64,000 nt of DNA from Acidobacteriota bacterium (GTDB lineage: Bacteria > Acidobacteriota > Terriglobia > Bryobacterales > Bryobacteraceae). Positions 55,906 to 64,000 of the stretch are shown here, one piece after another. The stretch spans positions 1,663 to 65,662 of the forward strand of contig VFZO01000003.1 in NCBI GenBank assembly GCA_016871155.1, read 5' to 3'. Both the position numbers and the translations under genes were made by a program. Below the pieces are notes generated by a model. The model did not search any database, was not told where the DNA came from, and saw nothing but the letters and a program-made list of their open reading frames with translations. Every line of letters starts with the position of its first letter. The stretch's first letter is position 1.

Positions 55906-56082
55906 CAGCCGGAGAGAGTCGAGGCGTTCCGCACAGCCCTGCTCCGCGCCCCGGAAGTCACTATGAAGAAAATGTCCGGCTGCGAAGCCAGTCACCTCAA
56001 TGGCGAAAAGTTCTGCCACGCGCTTGAGGAGACCATGATCGTGCGGCTCGATGAATTTCGCCGCGCCGCCGCGGCCCGGTAG
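55888..56082 (+). CDS. short TfoX N-terminal-domain-like ORF (possibly truncated remnant)
   Basis: PERVEAFRTALLRAPEVTMKKMSGCEASHLNGEKFCHALEETMIVRLDEF follows the TfoX_N pattern (ERV..AL....V.EKKMFGG.....NGKMF......L.VRLD), but it stops after 64 aa whereas my recollection is of roughly 100-aa relatives. Confidence 0.35.
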   Translation: MPWSKVQPERVEAFRTALLRAPEVTMKKMSGCEASHLNGEKFCHALEETMIVRLDEFRRAAAAR

Positions 56083-56141
56083 GGCTCAACTCCCTGCACC
56101 GCCACCCTAGTGGCCGAGACTCCGATGCCGAAGAGGAAAGC

Positions 56142-57569
56142 CTAGCGCTTGACGATTGGCGACTTCGCCAGCGTTGCCTTCATCGTCGCCACCGTATCTT
56201 TGTGCGCTGGGTCTTCGGCCAGGTTTCGCATCTCGTGCGGATCTTTGTCATGGTCGAACAGCGCAACACCGCGCTTGCCGTGGTCCCACTCGGTGTAGCG
56301 CCAGCGCTCCGTTCGGATCGACCGCCCAATCGCCCAGTTCCGAACCGCTACCGTGTGCGCCGGCCGGTTCCAGGCCGCCTCGGGATTTTCCAGCAGCGGC
56401 CGCAAACTTGTTCCCTCGCACCACGGCGCCGCGGGAAGCCCGCAGAGATCCACCAGCGTCGGATACATATCGATGTATTGAACCGTTCGTGAAGATGCGC
56501 GCCCGTCGATTCGAATGCGTGGATCGGAAATGAACAGCGGTCCGCGCGCGGAGACCTCGAATAGCGTGCCCTTCGCCCACATTCCTTTCTCGCTCAGGTG
56601 CCACCCGTGGTCGCCCCAAAACACAATCAGCGTGTTTTTTTCCTGCCCGCTCTCGGCAAGCGCATCCAGAACGCGGCCAAGCTGCTCGTCCATGTAGCTG
56701 ATACAGGCGTAGTAAGCCCGCATTGCCTCGCGCGCCTCCTGCACCGTGAACGATCGTCCGGCGAACAGATCGATGTTCTGGCGGAACTCGTCGCGTGGAA
56801 ATCCGGGCAGATGGCGCGGCTCCGTGTCGAAGTCCGCCGGCAACGGCATCGCCGCCGGGTCGTACATGTCGAAAAACTTCTGCGGCGCCACCAGCGGCAC
56901 ATGGGGCTTGTGAAATCCGGTAGCGAGGAAGAATGGCTTCCCCTCGGCGGCGAACGTTCGCAAGCTACCGATGGCATCGTCGGCGATCGGCGCATCCTGT
57001 CCGCGTGCCCCGCCTGGCAAAGGGCCAATCCGGTTGGCCGCCGCATACTGCGCGGCGTTTAGCAACGCCAGATTACGGTACGGCGAGTACGATTCGTCCC
57101 AGTGCGCGGGAGATAACTTCTGTTGCTCCGCCCTCTGCGCAGCCGTGAACCACCCGGGATTGCCCGGCGTCGCCTCTGCAGGCGCGAAGCCCCGGTTCGG
57201 CCCGTGCCAAATTTTCCCGTGCGTGGCTACGTTGTAGCCGTGCCTCCGGAAATACTCCGGCAGCGTCGCCGCCCCCGGTTCCAATGTTAGCCAGGTGTTG
57301 TTATCCAAGACGCCCGTGGTCGTAGGATACCGGCCGGACAACACCGCAGACCGCGTCGGATTGCAAAGCGGAAATTGGCAGTACGCGTGATCGAACCGCA
57401 CGGCCCGCCGCGCCAACCGGTCGATATTTGGCGTCTTGGCCACCCGGTCACCATACGCCGGAATGCGGCAGTCTAAATCGTCGACGGCGATGAACAACAC
57501 ATTCGGCCGCCGTGCGGCAGTCTGCGCGGCAACGGCAGCGGACAGGAATCCTCGGCGCGTCAAGGGCAT
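56142..57569 (-). CDS. sulfatase (formylglycine-dependent), Tat-exported
   Basis: MPLTRRGFLSAAVAAQTAA signal, PNVLFIAVDDL, and the FGly motif CNPTRSAVLSGR (CxPxR). Confidence 0.9.
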   Translation of the reverse strand: MPLTRRGFLSAAVAAQTAARRPNVLFIAVDDLDCRIPAYGDRVAKTPNIDRLARRAVRFDHAYCQFPLCNPTRSAVLSGRYPTTTGVLDNNTWLTLEPGAATLPEYFRRHGYNVATHGKIWHGPNRGFAPAEATPGNPGWFTAAQRAEQQKLSPAHWDESYSPYRNLALLNAAQYAAANRIGPLPGGARGQDAPIADDAIGSLRTFAAEGKPFFLATGFHKPHVPLVAPQKFFDMYDPAAMPLPADFDTEPRHLPGFPRDEFRQNIDLFAGRSFTVQEAREAMRAYYACISYMDEQLGRVLDALAESGQEKNTLIVFWGDHGWHLSEKGMWAKGTLFEVSARGPLFISDPRIRIDGRASSRTVQYIDMYPTLVDLCGLPAAPWCEGTSLRPLLENPEAAWNRPAHTVAVRNWAIGRSIRTERWRYTEWDHGKRGVALFDHDKDPHEMRNLAEDPAHKDTVATMKATLAKSPIVKR

Positions 57570-57582
57570 CTGGCTCCGCCCA

Positions 57583-60339
57583 TTATAAGGAAGCCCGCCG
57601 TGCCTCCGCCAAAGACTCCTGCGCCCAGCGGTTCCTGGGCGCCTTGTCCGCCAGCTTCTGCCATAGCCGCACGGATTTCTCCGCCATCCTCTTCCGCTCG
57701 GCCTCGGGAGCCGCCGGGTTCCATCGCGGCCAGCGAAGGTGTACTTCCGCCAACCTCATCAACTCGCGAACATTTCGTGGCTCACCGGCGGGGAACGCTT
57801 CCGCTGCCCGGAACGCCTTGCGATACCAATCCGCCGCCTCTTCGGCCGGCTGGGTGTCCCCAAGACTGTTCGTCGCCCGAATCAGGTCATTGCGATAATC
57901 AAAAATCTCCGGCACCTGAGCCGATATACGCTCGAATATCACGACCGCTTGGCGCATCAATTCAAGCCCTCGCCGCCGGTCGCCCGTTGCGACCAGCGCG
58001 CGGCCTAACGCCTCCTGGGAGTTTGCCAGGAGATCGTCGTGCGACACATCGCTCGCTCCGCCGCTTTTTGCCTGCGCCAAGGCCGCCGCAAGCGCCTTCT
58101 CCAGATAGGGTAGCGCTCGCCTCGGCTCATTTTGCAGCAGAACGCAGCCAAGAATCCAATTACCGAACATGCGGTCCTTCACTGAGCGCTCGCTGCCCTG
58201 GTCCTCGACCGCCAACTGCTCCGCGGCGCGCAGCGAATTCATGGCGTAACGCTCGGCAGCCTCTTGATCTCCAAGGTGCAAATGGAAAGCGTGCCCATGC
58301 GCCGAGGCAAGCTGAAAATCCAACGAAAAAATACGTCTCCGCGAGCTAAAACTCTTGGGATCTTTTTCCAGAATCGCCCGGCGGATCGCAGACGCTTCTT
58401 CCAGGGTCCGGACCGCGCCACTCAAATCGCCTGCATCCACTTGAGCTTCCCCCAAATCGTGCAGAAACAGAGACAGGGTTCCTCTCGTGCTCGGCAAAGT
58501 CTTCCGCGGAAGCCATTCGCGAAGCAGCCGTACTGCGGCCGAGTGACGCTCCACCGACTGCTGCGCCTCTCCCAGTTCCAGCAGCGCCTGACCCATAATC
58601 CCCCATGCCTGCGCGATGCGCGTGTCCACTTCGATGTCGTCTCCACGCTGCGGCTTCAGCCGTTCCCACGCGACGATGCTGCGCCGCTGGTGTTCGATCG
58701 CGCGCCTCGCGTCGCCGCTGCTAATGCGAACAAAACCTGTAGTGCGCTCCAGGTTGCCCAAATCCGTTAGCACCTTGGGATCGGCATCGGCCCGGTCCGC
58801 CAAACGAGTCAGAATCGCGATCGCTTTGTCGTAGCTCGCAAGCGCCGCGTCGATTTGGCCCAGCCCGCTTAGCCCGGGATTCCCTTGCACGTCGCCGATG
58901 CGCTTGTACGCCGCGGCTAGTTCAGTCTGCAGCCCGTTCTCGCCTTCCGCTTCGCCGGCCAGGCTATCCAAATACTCCAGCGCCGTGGCCACCACGCCGG
59001 CTCGCAGCTTCGCGGTCCCCGGCAGGTTGGCCATGCCATCGTAGACGTCGAACACAAAGGTGTTGGCCAGCTTCCGCACCTGCTGAAACCGCCGCTCCGC
59101 CTTCGCCGCCTGTGCGTCGGCGCGGCGGGCCTGCAATGCCGTTCCGATGATGCCCGCTGTAAGGCTGATCGCGACAAGCGCCGCCGCCGCCACCGGAACG
59201 CGATTCCGCGTCACGAATTTGCGTGCACGGTACAGGAACGTCTCCGGCCGCGCCAGCACGGGGTGCCCCTCGCGGTGCCGTCGAATATCGCTCGCGAACT
59301 GTTCCACCGAAGCGTACCGCCGGGCCGGGTCCTTGCGCAGCGCCAGCGCCACGATATTGTCCAGGTCGCCGGCCACTTGCCGCCGCAGCCGCGCGTCGTC
59401 CTTCACGGCTTCGCTCGCGGGCCGCACTTCCCTCTGGCAGATCACCCTGAGAAACTCGGCCTCCGTATACACGCCAAACTGATGCGCGCGCTGTTCCGTA
59501 ACCAGTTCATAGAGCACCAGGCCTAGCGAAAACACGTCGGTGGCCACCGTCACCGGTTCGCCGAGCACTTGCTCCGGGCTCGCGTAGTCTGGCGTCAGCG
59601 CCCGCACCCCCGGCCGGGTCAAAGCCTCGCGCATCGACTCTTCATCATCGGATAACAGCAGTTTGGCGATTCCGAAATCCAGCAGCTTCGGAATGCCCTC
59701 TGGCGTTACCAAGATGTTGGCCGGCTTCAGGTCCCGGTGAACGATTAGCTTCTGGTGCGCGTGTTGAACGGCCGCGCACACCTGCTCGAACAGCAGGAGC
59801 CGTTCTTCGATCGGCAGGTTGCGCTCACGGCAATGCTCCGCCAGCGGCCGGCCCTCCACGTACTCCATTACAAGGTACGGCAGTCCTCCGGGCGTGGCAC
59901 CGCCGTCCAGCAACCGCGCGATGTTCGGATGGTTCAACGAAGCCAAAATGCGGCGTTCGTGCCGGAACCGGTCCACGATCAGTGCGGTATCCATCCCGCG
60001 CTTCACCACCTTGATCGCCACCTGCTGACGGAACTCCCGGTCGCTGCGCTCTGCCAGATACACCATGCCCATTCCGCCCCGCCCAAGTTCTCGCACCACC
60101 GTATATCGGTCTATCTGCGCCGGTAGAGCATCGGCATCGGCGGCCGCGGCCACCGCCGTCTCCTGCACCGCCGCCAGAATGCGGGAATCGCTGTCGTCCG
60201 AATGCCGCAACATGCCGTTCACGGCGTCTAACAGCTCCGCGTCGCCAGCGGCCTCGCGTTCCACAAACGTGGCCCGCTCGGCCTCTGGAAGTTCGGCCGC
60301 CGCCAGGAAGAGTTGTTCAATCCGCTGCCAACGGTCCAT
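57583..60339 (-). CDS. Ser/Thr protein kinase with TM segment and large TPR domain
   Basis: GRGGMGMVYLA, VAIKVV, HRDLKPANILV, DFGIAK and YASPEQ, followed by a TM helix (VAAAALVAISLTAGIIGTAL) and about 500 aa of TPR-like helices. The start lies 3 nt after the sigma-factor stop. Confidence 0.9.
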   Translation of the reverse strand: MDRWQRIEQLFLAAAELPEAERATFVEREAAGDAELLDAVNGMLRHSDDSDSRILAAVQETAVAAAADADALPAQIDRYTVVRELGRGGMGMVYLAERSDREFRQQVAIKVVKRGMDTALIVDRFRHERRILASLNHPNIARLLDGGATPGGLPYLVMEYVEGRPLAEHCRERNLPIEERLLLFEQVCAAVQHAHQKLIVHRDLKPANILVTPEGIPKLLDFGIAKLLLSDDEESMREALTRPGVRALTPDYASPEQVLGEPVTVATDVFSLGLVLYELVTEQRAHQFGVYTEAEFLRVICQREVRPASEAVKDDARLRRQVAGDLDNIVALALRKDPARRYASVEQFASDIRRHREGHPVLARPETFLYRARKFVTRNRVPVAAAALVAISLTAGIIGTALQARRADAQAAKAERRFQQVRKLANTFVFDVYDGMANLPGTAKLRAGVVATALEYLDSLAGEAEGENGLQTELAAAYKRIGDVQGNPGLSGLGQIDAALASYDKAIAILTRLADRADADPKVLTDLGNLERTTGFVRISSGDARRAIEHQRRSIVAWERLKPQRGDDIEVDTRIAQAWGIMGQALLELGEAQQSVERHSAAVRLLREWLPRKTLPSTRGTLSLFLHDLGEAQVDAGDLSGAVRTLEEASAIRRAILEKDPKSFSSRRRIFSLDFQLASAHGHAFHLHLGDQEAAERYAMNSLRAAEQLAVEDQGSERSVKDRMFGNWILGCVLLQNEPRRALPYLEKALAAALAQAKSGGASDVSHDDLLANSQEALGRALVATGDRRRGLELMRQAVVIFERISAQVPEIFDYRNDLIRATNSLGDTQPAEEAADWYRKAFRAAEAFPAGEPRNVRELMRLAEVHLRWPRWNPAAPEAERKRMAEKSVRLWQKLADKAPRNRWAQESLAEARRASL

Positions 60340-60342
60340 GCA

Positions 60343-60936
60343 CTACTCCCGCGCCGCCCCGCCGCTCATCTGCCAGTGCAGAAACGCATGCGCCACCTGC
60401 AGGTCGCGCCGCACGGTTATCACAGCGACTCCGACCACTTCGGCAATCTCCTCGATACTTAGGCCGCCAAAATACTTCAACTCCACAATCCGGCTCTTGC
60501 GCTCATCCTCGGCCGCCAGTTTGGCCATCGCCTGATCCAGCGCCAGCAGATCGCAGTCGCCCGGCCCGCCCCGGCCGCCGGCATCGAACGCCTCGATCAA
60601 CTCCAGCCTGGGCACGCCCGCCCCCCGTTTCTCGCTGTTGTGGCTCCGCGCATACTGCACAAGGATCTGCCGCATCACCCGCGCCGCCACGGCCAGAAAG
60701 TGCGTCCGGTCGTTCAGTTCTAGATTCGCCGCCTGGGCCATTCGAATCCAGGCTTCATTTACCAGCGCCGTGGCCTGCAACGTATGTCCGCTTCGCTCCC
60801 GCGCCATCTGCCGGGAGGCGATGCGGTGCAGTTCGTCGTAAACCAGGGGTAAAAGCGTATCCAGGGCCGCTTGGCTACCCTGCCGCCATTCGCCTAGCAG
60901 GCGGGTGATGTGCTGTTCCACGCGTCTACGTTGCAA
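60343..60936 (-). CDS. ECF-type RNA polymerase sigma factor (PF07638 / TIGR02999-like)
   Basis: ITRLLGEWRQGSQAALDTLLPLVYDELHRIASRQMARERSGHTLQATALVNEAWIRM is the hallmark N-terminus of this ECF subgroup. The C-terminal region-4 HTH is LSIEEIAEVVGVAVITVRRDL. Confidence 0.9.
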   Translation of the reverse strand: MQRRRVEQHITRLLGEWRQGSQAALDTLLPLVYDELHRIASRQMARERSGHTLQATALVNEAWIRMAQAANLELNDRTHFLAVAARVMRQILVQYARSHNSEKRGAGVPRLELIEAFDAGGRGGPGDCDLLALDQAMAKLAAEDERKSRIVELKYFGGLSIEEIAEVVGVAVITVRRDLQVAHAFLHWQMSGGAARE

Positions 60937-60969
60937 TGTAGCACGCCATAACGGCGTACCGGAAAGCGG

Positions 60970-63645
<2,676 letters not shown>

Positions 63646-63651
63646 GGCCTC

Positions 63652-63987
63652 TCACCCCTCCGTCCGCAGCAGGCGGGTGATCGCGGAAACCCGCCGCGTC
63701 CAATCCGCCGTCTCGGCATCAAGCCGCTTCCGTCCCAACCGGGTCAACGAGTAGTACTTCGCCCGCCTGGCATTCGGACTCCGCCGCCACTCGGCTTCGA
63801 TCTCCCCCACCCGCTCCAGCCGCTGAAAAGCCGTCAACAGCGAGCCCGGATTCACCTTGAACACGCCCCGCGAAACCTGCTCAATTCGCTGCGCGACCCC
63901 AAACCCATGCATCGGTTCCAAGCTCAGAGTCTTGAGAATCAGCATGTCAAGCGTTCCCTGAATAACGTCGGTGCCGGGTTCGTCCAT
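63652..63987 (-). CDS. PadR family transcriptional regulator
   Basis: GTLDMLILKTLSLEPMHGFGVAQRIEQVSRGVFKVNPGSLLTAFQRLERVGEIEAEWRRS.....KYYSLT..G is the canonical PadR winged helix. Confidence 0.9.
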   Translation of the reverse strand: MDEPGTDVIQGTLDMLILKTLSLEPMHGFGVAQRIEQVSRGVFKVNPGSLLTAFQRLERVGEIEAEWRRSPNARRAKYYSLTRLGRKRLDAETADWTRRVSAITRLLRTEG

Positions 63988-64000
63988 AGAGGTAAAGTAT

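Overview
This is a GC-rich bacterial chromosomal window. The gene content points to Acidobacteriota, Solibacter/Bryobacter-like (inference). The markers are a PadR plus duplicated FtsX-type 'ADOP' permease pair, TonB-dependent receptors with N-terminal carboxypeptidase-regulatory-like domains, several FG-GAP/ASPIC-UnbV proteins, a DUF1549/DUF1553 plus DUF1501 pair, and TPR Ser/Thr kinases with a PF07638-type ECF sigma factor. I support about 52 protein-coding genes, most of them in long, tightly packed operons. Fifteen gene junctions are start/stop overlaps (ATGA, GTGA or TTGA 4-nt overlaps, plus one 1-nt TGATG overlap). Several of these show that the longest ORFs in the supplied track over-extend the true N-termini. 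By eye I found no rRNA, tRNA, CRISPR array, transposase/integrase or recognisable defence system. Housekeeping blocks are rimO-yacG-pgpA, rpmI-rplT-zapB-like-zapA, and a haem operon (ccsA/hemX-like, hemA, hemC, cobA/hemD) that continues into cytochrome c peroxidase, a TPR protein and an EEP nuclease/phosphatase. The most system-like unexplained locus is a six-gene minus-strand operon (25736..38204). It encodes an ExbB-like protein with an extra N-terminal membrane domain, a 1363-aa CobN-like chelatase anchored in the membrane at both ends, a TonB-dependent receptor, an ExbD-position (DUF2149-like) protein, a DUF4198 protein with a His-rich loop, and a second TonB-dependent receptor. An AT-rich Fur-box-like promoter precedes it, and no AAA+ chelatase partner is present. 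Other candidates are listed below.
- A four-gene operon of TPR/FG-GAP/ASPIC protein, membrane pentahaem cytochrome-TPR protein, ASPIC/UnbV protein and SMP-30 lactonase-like protein.
- A 1719-aa thioester (CGEQ) alpha-2-macroglobulin with roughly 400 aa of folded-looking domains inserted where the bait region normally sits.
- A cytochrome c / PQQ dehydrogenase / cytochrome c::SAM-methyltransferase operon.
- An Rrf2-headed operon of exported proteins (CXXCH protein, MsrB, DSD1-type PLP enzyme).
All functional calls come from motif and family recognition by eye. No database search was run.
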